In this document: positions 32,014 through 41,569 of the stretch, in pieces
Position numbering within the stretch: position 1 is the stretch's first letter
How the letters are laid out: each line of letters begins with the position of its first letter
Source of the DNA: Marinifilaceae bacterium
GTDB taxonomy: Bacteria; Bacteroidota; Bacteroidia; Bacteroidales; Marinifilaceae
Assembly (NCBI GenBank): GCA_963666945.2
Contig: CAXXRT010000026.1
Span: forward strand, 16,073 to 80,072
Reading direction: 5' to 3'
Length of the DNA stretch: 64,000 nucleotides
The notes under the pieces: generated by a model
What the model was told of the DNA's origin: nothing
Databases searched by the model: none
Seen by the model: the letters and a program-made list of their open reading frames with translations, nothing else
Translations under genes and position numbers: made by a program

Positions 32014-32832
32014 ATGAAACTACACAACCACATAAAAAAACTTGCTTATTTATTCTCATTATTAATACTCTGGGGGTGTGCAACGGTGCCTATTACAGGC
32101 AGGAACCAGCTATTACTTCTTCCTGAAAGTCAAATGATATCAATGAGCCTGACCTCGTATGGTGATTTCATAAAGACTAATACAATATCGAAAGACGCAG
32201 AAAACACAAAACTGGTAAAAGAGACAGGAGCCAGGATTGCTAAAGCCGTGGAAGAATATATGAAATCGAAAGGATTGGCAAGCAGAGTTGAAGGTTTTGC
32301 CTGGGAATTCAATCTCATTGCAGATAAAACACCCAATGCATGGTGTATGCCAGGGGGTAAAGTAGTGTTTTATGAAGGCATACTACCATATACCATGAAT
32401 GCCGATGGACTGGCTGTTGTTATGGGTCATGAAATAGCCCACGCAGTTGCCCGCCATGGAAATGAGCGATTCAGTCAACAGTTATTAATTCAGGCAGGAA
32501 GTACAGCAGCGGCCTATACCCTACTGAAAGACAAACCGGAAGAATCGCAAATACTGTGGTCAGCTGCAATAGGTATTGGGGCAACAGTAGGAATATCTCT
32601 TCCATTTTCAAGAAAACATGAATACGAAGCAGATAAACTAGGATTAATATTTATGGCGATGGCAGGCTATAATCCCAATGAAGCAGTTGCATTCTGGACA
32701 AGGATGTCTAAGATGGGGGGTAAAAAGCCACCGGAATTTTTATCTACACACCCATCCGATGAGAACAGAATCTCCAATATGCAAAAGATTATGCCAGAGG
32801 TAATGCAATACTACAGGCCTTTAAACAAATAA
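32014..32832 (+). CDS. M48-family zinc metallopeptidase, lipoprotein
   Basis: It has the HEIAH zinc motif (..VVMGHEIAHAVARH..), a downstream EYEADKLG, and the lipobox LILWGC. Confidence 0.85.
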   Translation: MKLHNHIKKLAYLFSLLILWGCATVPITGRNQLLLLPESQMISMSLTSYGDFIKTNTISKDAENTKLVKETGARIAKAVEEYMKSKGLASRVEGFAWEFNLIADKTPNAWCMPGGKVVFYEGILPYTMNADGLAVVMGHEIAHAVARHGNERFSQQLLIQAGSTAAAYTLLKDKPEESQILWSAAIGIGATVGISLPFSRKHEYEADKLGLIFMAMAGYNPNEAVAFWTRMSKMGGKKPPEFLSTHPSDENRISNMQKIMPEVMQYYRPLNK

Positions 32833-32862
32833 TCTACATTTATTTAACAGAAAAATAAAACG

Positions 32863-34773
32863 CTATTGGCCAACAATAAACCTGGAAATATTTGACTTAT
32901 TCTTTTCGTTAAAGAAATCTTTACCCTGAGGAGTATATAGATGTTCCAGATCATCTCTGAAATATTCTATAACCTTGCCCCTTACAACCTTCATCGTTGA
33001 ATTGATAAGCTTATTCTCTTCAGAGAATTCTTCCGGCAAAACGGCAGTAGCGGCAGGCAACCATCTTTCGGGGAACATATTTTCGTACTTTCCCCCACTT
33101 CTGTATTGATTTAATTCGTTATTCAATAATTGTAAGCCCTCATGTCTGCCCAGTTCAGAAAACGGGTCAATGTTATTATTTTTCAGATAAGAATTCACAG
33201 CCAGTTTATTAGGTACAACAAGGGCTACAGTATAGGGATCCTGATTGTTATATAATACACATTGTTCAAAGTATGGAGATTGATCTACCAGAGCCTCTTC
33301 AATGCCCTCAGGACTATATTTTTCCCCATCGTTGGAGATAAGCAATGATTTAAATCTCCCCAGAACATACAAAAAACCATCTTTATCAACATATCCCATA
33401 TCACCTGTATGTAGCCAACCATTCTTAATAGTCTCCAGTGTTGATTTAGTATTTCTCCAATATCCCTTCATTACGTTTCCACCCTTAATAACTATCTCGC
33501 CCTTTTCTCCAATTGGCAATTCTTTCCCCTCCTCATTGCAGATTTTAAGTTCCATAGGCTTCACAATAAATCCCGATGACCCTAATTTATGTTTTTTTGT
33601 CGCATTTGAAGATATAATTGGAGAAGCCTCCGATAAGCCATAGCCCTGAAACATGGGGACACCAATTGCATAAAAGAATTTTTGAATTTCTATATCGAGC
33701 AATGCACCCCCGCCAATAAAATATTTAAGGTTTCCACCAAAGTTCTCACGAATCTTGGAAAATAGTATTTTATCAAATATCCAAACCAAGGGTTTGTAAA
33801 AAAAACTAAGCCCTTTACCCTTGTTCCATCCATCCCCATAATACTTATAGGCCACATTCAATGCCTTATGGAACAACTTTTCAACTCTTGGGCCTTTCTT
33901 TCTTATAGCCGATTCAATATTCTTTTTAAAGTTTTTTGCCAAAGCCGGAACACTCATAAGTAAGTCAGGCTTTATTTCTTTAATGTTTAAAGGTATATTC
34001 CTGATTGCCTCCATAGGATTTTTACCACACTGTACCGAGGCAATGGATGCCCCATAATACATAAAGCTATACAAACCAGCTGTATGTGCAAACGAATGAT
34101 CCCAGGGCAATATAAGAAGTGTTTTATAATGGCTGGGAATAAACATTAATGAAGCAGCCTGAATAACATTGCTCACATAATTATTGTGGGAAAGTATTAT
34201 TCCCTTAGGATCTGCTGTTGTTCCTGATGTGTAAGAGATATTAGCATAATCATCCGCCTTAATCCCGGATAAAATATTCTCAATCCTATTATAGTTTTCC
34301 CCTAAATATTCTTCTCCACCTGATAGAATATGAAGGTAAGAAAGCTCATCCTCTTCAAGATCAGTATCCGGTGAAATAACAATATATTTTTCAACACCAC
34401 TTATCTGATTTTTGACAGACCTCACGGAATTCAGGTAATTTGAAGAAACAATCAGGAATTTACATTGAGAGTGATTTACCCTAAACACTATTTCTGATTC
34501 AGTAAGCTTTACAGAAAGAGGAACATTAACCCCACCTGAGTACAATATACCCAGCTCGCTGATTATCCATGCATTCCTTCCTTCCGATAATAATGCGCAC
34601 CTATCCCCCTTTTCTATTCCCAAAGACAGAAGACCTCCGGCAAAATGCATTACATCCTTTTTTACTTCTTTATAGGTACTTCCAATATATTTATCTTTTG
34701 TCTTTTCCCACAAATAAACATTATCGCCGTAATTCCCAACACTACTTTCAAACAAATCGATTATTGTCTTCAT
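32863..34773 (-). CDS. Long-chain acyl-CoA synthetase (AMP-forming)
   Basis: It has the AMP-binding motif YTSGTTADPKG and the GYGLSE and ..GWLHTGD.. motifs. The track start at 34803 is a TTG, and the ATG at 34773 is preferred. Confidence 0.85.
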   Translation of the reverse strand: MKTIIDLFESSVGNYGDNVYLWEKTKDKYIGSTYKEVKKDVMHFAGGLLSLGIEKGDRCALLSEGRNAWIISELGILYSGGVNVPLSVKLTESEIVFRVNHSQCKFLIVSSNYLNSVRSVKNQISGVEKYIVISPDTDLEEDELSYLHILSGGEEYLGENYNRIENILSGIKADDYANISYTSGTTADPKGIILSHNNYVSNVIQAASLMFIPSHYKTLLILPWDHSFAHTAGLYSFMYYGASIASVQCGKNPMEAIRNIPLNIKEIKPDLLMSVPALAKNFKKNIESAIRKKGPRVEKLFHKALNVAYKYYGDGWNKGKGLSFFYKPLVWIFDKILFSKIRENFGGNLKYFIGGGALLDIEIQKFFYAIGVPMFQGYGLSEASPIISSNATKKHKLGSSGFIVKPMELKICNEEGKELPIGEKGEIVIKGGNVMKGYWRNTKSTLETIKNGWLHTGDMGYVDKDGFLYVLGRFKSLLISNDGEKYSPEGIEEALVDQSPYFEQCVLYNNQDPYTVALVVPNKLAVNSYLKNNNIDPFSELGRHEGLQLLNNELNQYRSGGKYENMFPERWLPAATAVLPEEFSEENKLINSTMKVVRGKVIEYFRDDLEHLYTPQGKDFFNEKNKSNISRFIVGQ

Positions 34774-35007
34774 TTCATACAACTTTATTGAATCAATATT
34801 CAAAATTACAAAAAGTTCTATAAATATGGTTACTTACCCATGAAAACATGAAAACTGGAAGCAAACACAAGGACCTTGTTTTAAAATTTATTACGTTGAT
34901 CACAAATAATTGCCAATTTGTCATAAATTTATTAAATTATACATATACAATTTATTTAAAAAAAATATATATTTGTAATCTATTTTTAAATTATAACACA
35001 TTTTAAT

Positions 35008-37047
35008 ATGAGAAAACTATTCGCACTACTGGCCTTGATAGGCTTGTTTTCAATGTATTCATGCAATAACGATGAACCATCTTATGATGAATTAAAGAAA
35101 GAATTAACTGAACTAAAAGCTCTTTTGGATCAGAATATCTCAATTGACGAAGTCTCTTTCGAGGGTGGCGACATAATATTGAAATTTGCTAACGGACAAA
35201 CCCTGAGAAGTACAGCTCCCTCTTCTATAATTCCCCAAATAGGAGAAGACGGATACTGGTACGTTAACGGGAAAAGCCTAGGTGTAAAAGCTACTCCTGA
35301 TGCCCCTGAAATGCCAACAATAGGAGAAGACGGATATTGGTATATTGGCGATACCAAAACTGATGTTAAAGCTCAGGGAGAAAAGGGAGACACCGGAAAT
35401 GACGGACAGGATGGAGTTAATGGACAAGACGGTGCAGATGGAAAAGACGGACAGGATGGTGCTAATGGGCAAGACGGTGCAGACGGCAATGGGATTGCAT
35501 CCGTTACTTATGATGATACAACAGGAATTCTTTCTATTACCTTAACTGACGGAACAAAAAAAGAGTTCTTGCTTTTCCCTGAAGCACAGCAGCTAAAAGC
35601 GAGAAAACTTGGTGATCTAAACGGAAAATACCTGTTATCCTCTATCTGGGGAGGAGATATGAAGTTTATGGAATTCGAATACGATGGGCAGAACAGAATA
35701 ATAGCTGCAAATACTTTCAAGACTGTTTTTGGTAAATCGGAAAAATATTATGGACTTAGCAGATCTTTTAACGAAAGCGGCAAAGTTAGCAAAATGTCTT
35801 TAAATGAATATGCAGCGATAGATGAAACTATATTATTCAGAGACTATATTAAACCAATAAAACCAACATATGTAAGTAGCGATAATACTTCTGTTTGTTA
35901 CCTTGACACTGAAGACGAGAACTTTGCATATGTATTCGTAAACAAGTCCGGAGACATAAATGTTTATAGAAAAGTTGCAGTATACAAAAATTCCGATACT
36001 AAATCCTATAATAGTGTTTTGACTCAGGAAGAAGACAACTTATACTACTGGGAAGATACAGAAGATGCATATATCGATTCGGTGAATTATATAAACTACT
36101 GTACAGAAAAATACATTATAATAGAAAGAGATATCGATGCCCCTTATAGCGAAACAATAGGAGATACAACATATTATTATAATAATTTATATATGGATAA
36201 TGTATACAATCCTAACAGTATACAACCAACAGAGGGTAAAAAATTCAGTTATTTATATAAAAAATATTATAACCGCACATTTGCAAAAGGAGATGTAAAA
36301 ACTCATATGGACGTCAACTATCTTTACAATGGGGATGACTATATGATTCACGCAGATGAAAATACTGACTTGAGTATATCTATTATAATGGATGGCAATA
36401 AGATGGATAAAATATATGCCGGAAATGAAGATCCCGCAAATGGGGCAATAATAAAATTCCATTACAATGATAAGGGTATTCTCTCTCACCTTTCTTCTCC
36501 TGCAAATGATCTTGACAGTATTGCAAGGGTAGCGTACGATGGACAGGGAAATCCTGTAGCCATAGAATCGAATGTTAAAAAACTTGAGGGGAAAGTACCT
36601 GAAAGTTTGCTTTCTATGCTTGGATTGATTTATAAGTCGGACAGAGCTCTAAAAACAAGTCTAAAATATGCTGGATACAGCTATGTTTACCCGGAAGGAT
36701 TTGTTCCTGTAATCAAGATTAACTATGATTACAACATGAAGAACTTCCTGGGACATACTTTCAGTGCTCTTTGTCCACTTCTTGAAGGATTCAGCCAAAA
36801 ACATGCCATAGAAGAAATACTATGGGCCGGTCACGCAAGTGGTATGATAGCGGAATACCTTAAATTCAATGAAGGTGGATATCCAACAAAAATAAAAGGA
36901 TTCATACAGATAGGTGCAAGCGATGCAAATTTATTTGTAAATAGATTACCTGAAAATTTCCCGAACATTGGAATTAATGCTGCATTAGCAACAACATACA
37001 AACTTGAATACAAAAAAATTGAAGAATCTTCTAACATAGACGAATAA
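35008..37047 (+). CDS. Surface lipoprotein with coiled-coil, duplicated IGEDGYWY module, collagen-like GXY tract and a large uncharacterised C-terminal domain
   Basis: The lipobox is LFSMYSC, followed by an acidic NNDEPSYDE segment. IGEDGYWYVNG and IGEDGYWYIGD are duplicated. There are 13 consecutive G-X-Y triplets (GEKGDTGNDGQDG...GADGNG). The ~480-aa N/Y/D-rich C-terminus carries YD-like motifs. It resembles what I recall of DUF4988-type Bacteroidota proteins, but this was not verified. Confidence 0.7.
   Translation: MRKLFALLALIGLFSMYSCNNDEPSYDELKKELTELKALLDQNISIDEVSFEGGDIILKFANGQTLRSTAPSSIIPQIGEDGYWYVNGKSLGVKATPDAPEMPTIGEDGYWYIGDTKTDVKAQGEKGDTGNDGQDGVNGQDGADGKDGQDGANGQDGADGNGIASVTYDDTTGILSITLTDGTKKEFLLFPEAQQLKARKLGDLNGKYLLSSIWGGDMKFMEFEYDGQNRIIAANTFKTVFGKSEKYYGLSRSFNESGKVSKMSLNEYAAIDETILFRDYIKPIKPTYVSSDNTSVCYLDTEDENFAYVFVNKSGDINVYRKVAVYKNSDTKSYNSVLTQEEDNLYYWEDTEDAYIDSVNYINYCTEKYIIIERDIDAPYSETIGDTTYYYNNLYMDNVYNPNSIQPTEGKKFSYLYKKYYNRTFAKGDVKTHMDVNYLYNGDDYMIHADENTDLSISIIMDGNKMDKIYAGNEDPANGAIIKFHYNDKGILSHLSSPANDLDSIARVAYDGQGNPVAIESNVKKLEGKVPESLLSMLGLIYKSDRALKTSLKYAGYSYVYPEGFVPVIKINYDYNMKNFLGHTFSALCPLLEGFSQKHAIEEILWAGHASGMIAEYLKFNEGGYPTKIKGFIQIGASDANLFVNRLPENFPNIGINAALATTYKLEYKKIEESSNIDE
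35401..35490 (+). repeat. 45-bp tandem duplication encoding the collagen-like GXY tract
   Basis: Unit 1 (35401-35445) and unit 2 (35446-35490) match at 39 of 45 positions by my count. They encode DGQDGVNGQDGADGK and DGQDGANGQDGADGN. Confidence 0.85.
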
Positions 37048-37052
37048 ACTGA

Positions 37053-37083
37053 AGAGGTTGGCTAAAAGCCAACCTCTAATTTT
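37053..37083 (+). terminator. Hairpin terminator or attenuator between the collagen-like lipoprotein gene and the TBDR-like gene
   Basis: AGAGGTTGGC (37053-37062) pairs perfectly with GCCAACCTCT (37068-37077) around a 5-nt loop, followed by AATTTTC. Confidence 0.55.
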
Positions 37084-37091
37084 CATATAAT

Positions 37092-39335
37092 ATGAGATAT
37101 CCTCTTATCTTTATCTTTTGTCTTATTCCCCTTATCTCTTTTTCCCAAATAAAAGGCTATATTGTTGACTCTAATAATAAGGGAATATCAAATGCCAATA
37201 TATTAATTAAGGGAACAAAGCAGGGATGTATCTCCAATAAAACAGGCTATTTCAGCCTCAACTACAATAAAGCCTGCGTAATAATTATCTCACATATAAA
37301 CTACTATCCTAAAGAAGTTAATATTACAGATATTAATCAACGACTTAGGATAAATATTCAGGAAAACACACAAACGCTTAATACCGTAGATGTTAATATT
37401 AAAGCAAAATCAGATGTACACAAAATAAGCACATCTCAAAAAGATATTGATAAAATCCCAGCCTTACTTGGAGAGAACGATATACTAAAATATCTTGCCA
37501 GTCAAGCCGGAATAAATACGAGAAACGGATTAGACGGGGGCATATACATTAGAGGTGGAAATAGCTGTCACAATGAATTTCTGATTGACGGTCATAATAT
37601 ATATAACCCTAACCATCTTTCCGGAATACTTTCTACATTCGATCCCTACGCATTCAGAACAACCAATACTTATAAAAGTGGATTCCCAGCCGAATACGGA
37701 GGCAAATTGTCTTCCTATATAGACATGATTCCCCGCATAGGAAATAAAAATAAGTTTGAACATAACCTTAAGATTGGATTTATCTCATCCAGCTATAAGA
37801 TAAATGGGCCGATAATAAAAAACAATACATCATTTGTTCTGACAATCAGAGGATCTTACCTCCAGCACATAGCAAAATATTACAATAAAACCTACGTAGA
37901 TAAAAAGGATTATCAATCTATTCCCAGATATTCATTCTATGATATTAGCCTTGGAACACATACAAAAATATCTGATAAAATAAGTTTATCCTCAATGACA
38001 ATAGCCTCAAAGGATGACTTATATATAAAACACAAAGATTTGAGTAAAAGCGATTTTAAATGGAGCACAATCTCATCAATGTTAAAATTAACATACTATA
38101 TTAGTGACAATTCAATACTAAAATTACAATCCGGCTATAACAGTTATAATACGGAATATAAAATATACCTTTCACAAATAACCAGAAATAAAACCAATAA
38201 CCAATCATGGATAAATAAGCTAAAGTATATATTCCATTCAGGAGATAATTTATCAATATCTACTGGAATACAGCATGAATTTACCAGGTATAAAGTTAAT
38301 TCTAATATAGGTAATTCATCAGGTGAGTTAAATAATATATACCTTCGTGATTATAATCTTTTGGGGACACATATAGATATAAACTATAAACTGAATAAAA
38401 AAACAACTGTTGAATCGGGGCTAAGGCTAAATAAATTCATTGGAGAAAACACATCATTAAATTATTGCCCCAGAATAAGGGTAAATTATAAACTCTCAGA
38501 GAAGTTTGATATTAATGCAGACTTTAGCAAGACAGCCCAATACAATACACTATACTCTGCTTTTAGCATAAACACTCCATCCGACTTATGGTATCCGTTG
38601 GAGAAAAATAGCAATCCTTCTGTATGTCATCAATATTCGTTAAACATCAATTATAATTTTAATGATAATTTGTCATCCTGTTTTGGCTTTTTTTATAAAG
38701 AAATGGATAATATAAAAGAGTTTAAGGATGGAACATCACTTACAAATCTAAATCTTGGTAATAGTCTTATTGAAGGCGAAGGGAACGCCAAAGGCTTTGA
38801 ATCGGACATAAAACTGACTTCAGAAAAAATAAATATTCAATGCAATTATACTCTTTCAGAATCATCAAGAAGATTTGATGATATTAATAAGGGTAAGAGT
38901 TATTTCCCTGCTTTTGATATAAGACACAATATCTTAATTAATGCAAATTACCATATAACATCTGACATAATATTAAACTCTATGTGGACATATTCATCAG
39001 GTACTTATATCACTTTTCCCGTGGGAATAGTGGTTTGCCAGGATTTTACACAAACAATAAATAAGATAGATCTCGCTCCAATATATACCGATAGGTATAA
39101 TTTTAAAATCCCTGATTCTCACAGGTTAGATGTAAGTCTAGTTATTACAAAAAGAAAAGATAAGTGTACTATTAAATACTCTTTTGGAGCTTATAACCTT
39201 TACAACAGAGCAATTCCAACATTTATATATTTTGTCCCAGAAGCAAAAGATAAATATTTAAATGTCCTAGTGCCCAAAATTAAATCCTTGCTTCCTTTTA
39301 TCCCTTACTTATCCGTTTCATTTAACTGGAAATAA
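37092..39335 (+). CDS. TonB-dependent-receptor-like outer-membrane protein (carboxypeptidase-regulatory-like domain, plug, beta-barrel), SusD-less class
   Basis: The signal peptide ends ..ISFS|Q. The N-terminal segment is IKGYIVDSNNKGISNANILIKGT..TGYFSL. The plug-like segment is ..GENDILKYLASQAGI...GGIYIRGG...N.FLIDG..IYNPNHL.G..S.F......YKSGFPAEYGG.LSS. About 500 aa of alternating beta-strand-like sequence follow. Confidence 0.8.
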   Translation: MRYPLIFIFCLIPLISFSQIKGYIVDSNNKGISNANILIKGTKQGCISNKTGYFSLNYNKACVIIISHINYYPKEVNITDINQRLRINIQENTQTLNTVDVNIKAKSDVHKISTSQKDIDKIPALLGENDILKYLASQAGINTRNGLDGGIYIRGGNSCHNEFLIDGHNIYNPNHLSGILSTFDPYAFRTTNTYKSGFPAEYGGKLSSYIDMIPRIGNKNKFEHNLKIGFISSSYKINGPIIKNNTSFVLTIRGSYLQHIAKYYNKTYVDKKDYQSIPRYSFYDISLGTHTKISDKISLSSMTIASKDDLYIKHKDLSKSDFKWSTISSMLKLTYYISDNSILKLQSGYNSYNTEYKIYLSQITRNKTNNQSWINKLKYIFHSGDNLSISTGIQHEFTRYKVNSNIGNSSGELNNIYLRDYNLLGTHIDINYKLNKKTTVESGLRLNKFIGENTSLNYCPRIRVNYKLSEKFDINADFSKTAQYNTLYSAFSINTPSDLWYPLEKNSNPSVCHQYSLNINYNFNDNLSSCFGFFYKEMDNIKEFKDGTSLTNLNLGNSLIEGEGNAKGFESDIKLTSEKINIQCNYTLSESSRRFDDINKGKSYFPAFDIRHNILINANYHITSDIILNSMWTYSSGTYITFPVGIVVCQDFTQTINKIDLAPIYTDRYNFKIPDSHRLDVSLVITKRKDKCTIKYSFGAYNLYNRAIPTFIYFVPEAKDKYLNVLVPKIKSLLPFIPYLSVSFNWK

Positions 39336-39336
39336 A

Positions 39337-40140
39337 ATGTCAATAGAAAAAATATTAATTCTCATACTACCAATCATTACACTTTCCTGTCAACCAGAAA
39401 ACACATTAGATATTAATGAGATATCTGATCCACCGGAATATTTTGTAGAATGTTTTTGTAAGCCAGGAGATTTATATCAATTAACAGCAACGAGGGTAAC
39501 ACGAATGTCCGATGATTTTATATGGGATTTATCAATTCCTTTTAAGACATATATTACAGATTCTACTAGTCACAAGCTAAGTCAGGGGTTATTTTATGAT
39601 GCATATTCACACTTCGTCTATAATTACTCAAGTCCCCTCAAAGTTCCTGTTGATTTTAACGATTCTTTATATTTAAAAATCATCAGTCCCAGCGGTGATA
39701 CTATAAGTGGAAAGACCCATGTAGTATCACAGATTAAAATCAGTAATTATAATTTAAAAAACAATAATATCGAACTATCATTCAATATCGACCCTTCTGC
39801 TGATAAAAGGCACTATGTAATAAATATTGAAAACTGGCAACAAGGAGAAATAATTAATTCTGAAAAACTATTCTCAAATTTTAGTACAAGTTATAAAGAA
39901 TCAGAAACAGTAAATATTACAAACAGCACAAATATTCATGAATTGGACAGCATAAGAATAAAAGTGTTCCATGTAACAGGAGAGAATTATGATTATCAAA
40001 TTTCCCTTAATGATGCAATTAAATCAAATGAAAACAATATAACCCAACCATCACCACTTAAAGGAAATCTTAATGGCAGTTTAGGGATATTTACTTATTA
40101 CACTGAAGATATAGCAACATATATACCTTCAAAACAATAA
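39337..40140 (+). CDS. Small lipoprotein immediately downstream of the TBDR-like gene (DUF4249-like by position and size)
   Basis: The lipobox is ..IITLSC. It starts 1 nt after the receptor stop codon. 267 aa. The family is inferred from the known TBDR-DUF4249 pairing in Bacteroidota, not from a search. Confidence 0.5.
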   Translation: MSIEKILILILPIITLSCQPENTLDINEISDPPEYFVECFCKPGDLYQLTATRVTRMSDDFIWDLSIPFKTYITDSTSHKLSQGLFYDAYSHFVYNYSSPLKVPVDFNDSLYLKIISPSGDTISGKTHVVSQIKISNYNLKNNNIELSFNIDPSADKRHYVINIENWQQGEIINSEKLFSNFSTSYKESETVNITNSTNIHELDSIRIKVFHVTGENYDYQISLNDAIKSNENNITQPSPLKGNLNGSLGIFTYYTEDIATYIPSKQ

Positions 40141-40163
40141 CCGCCTCTGTAGAACAGAGACGG
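40141..40163. terminator. Imperfect hairpin between the convergent lipoprotein and POT genes
   Basis: CCGCCTCTG-TAGAA-CAGAGACGG pairs at 8 of 9 positions, directly after the stop at 40140. Confidence 0.35.
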
Positions 40164-40189
40164 TCACAATATTTTAAAAATATGCAATA

Positions 40190-41569
40190 CTAAGCCTTTT
40201 CCCTATCCATTTTTGCGACAATCTTTCCATACACTATGAGAGCAATAGCAGAAACAGAAGCAATACCAACAAAATAATACCAGATATAATGAGCATTTGC
40301 AGAAGCAGCCTGCCACTCCATTTTAGTAGCAAAGTCATCTGGATTCGGACAATATCTACTCAACAGGTATCCGGATAATCCAAATCCCAGTATGGAAGAA
40401 AGGAAAGAATGCAAATGACTAAAGCCAAGGTAAAGACCTTCTTCTCCCTTTGGTGCCTGCTTAGAGAAATACTCAAGGAAACGAGGAGAGATAAATGCCT
40501 CAGCCAATCCCTGGAATATAATACCAACAACCATCATAAATGCCACAGGATGCATTCCCAGTATAAGTTCCTGTCCCATCATATTACCAGATGCCATACA
40601 AAGGGCAGATACAGGCATAATAAACATACCAACTGTCATTGAAAACAAGGCCGTCCGCTTTCTAAATATCTGAGTTATTAAACCAACACTTAAAACAACC
40701 ACAAGAGGATTTACGTTGGCATACCACGAAGGAGAAGCTCCCTCACCTGCAAGACGAAGAACATACTTAGGCATGGTAGCATAGAGCTGGTGCTGCACCA
40801 TCCAGAATCCCGATACAATCACTATTAACACTATCAATCTAGTATTTGAACATACCCTTAAGAAGCCCTCCCATATCTGAGAGAATGTCTTTCCTTCTCC
40901 TGCACGTTTTTCACTCTTATAAAAAAAGTATATAGCAATCAGAGCTAATAAGGTCATACTTGCAGAAAAGTAATTCAAATTAATAAGTCCTTCATTTCCC
41001 ATTGCCTCACGCAGTGGTTTAACTATAGTTTTACCGGAAAAGGCACCTATATTTACCATACTATAGAATATAGAAAATCCCCTTGCCCTTGTAGCTTCGG
41101 TAGTCTCTTTCGCTACAGTTGCGGATATCACTGATTTTATAAATGATCCACCCACAATAATCAAAGCCATCACAGGTATTATAAGATATTTATAGGAACT
41201 ACCTTTAAGCCCACTAAATAAAGTGTCCTGTCCATAAGAAACAAGACCAGCCGATTCAAGATAAGTAGGTAAAACAGCAAGTCCTATATATCCGAGAGTC
41301 AAGAGAAAGAACGCAAGTAACATTGCTTTCCTGAAACCAATTTTATCTGATAATGCACCTGCAAATGTTGGCAGAAAATATAATAATGCAGAGAAAGTTC
41401 CTGATATTAGTCCTGCCTGCATATCTGTAAACCCTAATATTCTGGATAGATATAGAGTGATTACAATAAATACGCCATAATATGCTGCCCTCTCAAGCAA
41501 CTCAACCGTATTGGCTACCCAAAAGGCCTTGGAAAATTTCCATGTCTGTTTGTCCGTAGTCTGATTCAT
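40190..41569 (-). CDS. Proton-dependent oligopeptide transporter (POT/PTR2 family MFS)
   Basis: It has the PTR2 signature ..ELLERAAYYGVFIVITLYL.. and about 12-14 hydrophobic segments. Confidence 0.85.
   Translation of the reverse strand: MNQTTDKQTWKFSKAFWVANTVELLERAAYYGVFIVITLYLSRILGFTDMQAGLISGTFSALLYFLPTFAGALSDKIGFRKAMLLAFFLLTLGYIGLAVLPTYLESAGLVSYGQDTLFSGLKGSSYKYLIIPVMALIIVGGSFIKSVISATVAKETTEATRARGFSIFYSMVNIGAFSGKTIVKPLREAMGNEGLINLNYFSASMTLLALIAIYFFYKSEKRAGEGKTFSQIWEGFLRVCSNTRLIVLIVIVSGFWMVQHQLYATMPKYVLRLAGEGASPSWYANVNPLVVVLSVGLITQIFRKRTALFSMTVGMFIMPVSALCMASGNMMGQELILGMHPVAFMMVVGIIFQGLAEAFISPRFLEYFSKQAPKGEEGLYLGFSHLHSFLSSILGFGLSGYLLSRYCPNPDDFATKMEWQAASANAHYIWYYFVGIASVSAIALIVYGKIVAKMDREKA

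Noticed and set aside
35390-35500. The repetitive GACGG/GATGG region as a CRISPR-like or minisatellite non-coding array.
   Set aside because: It lies in frame inside a long ORF and encodes uninterrupted Gly-X-Y triplets. There are only two units with no spacers, so it is a coding tandem duplication.
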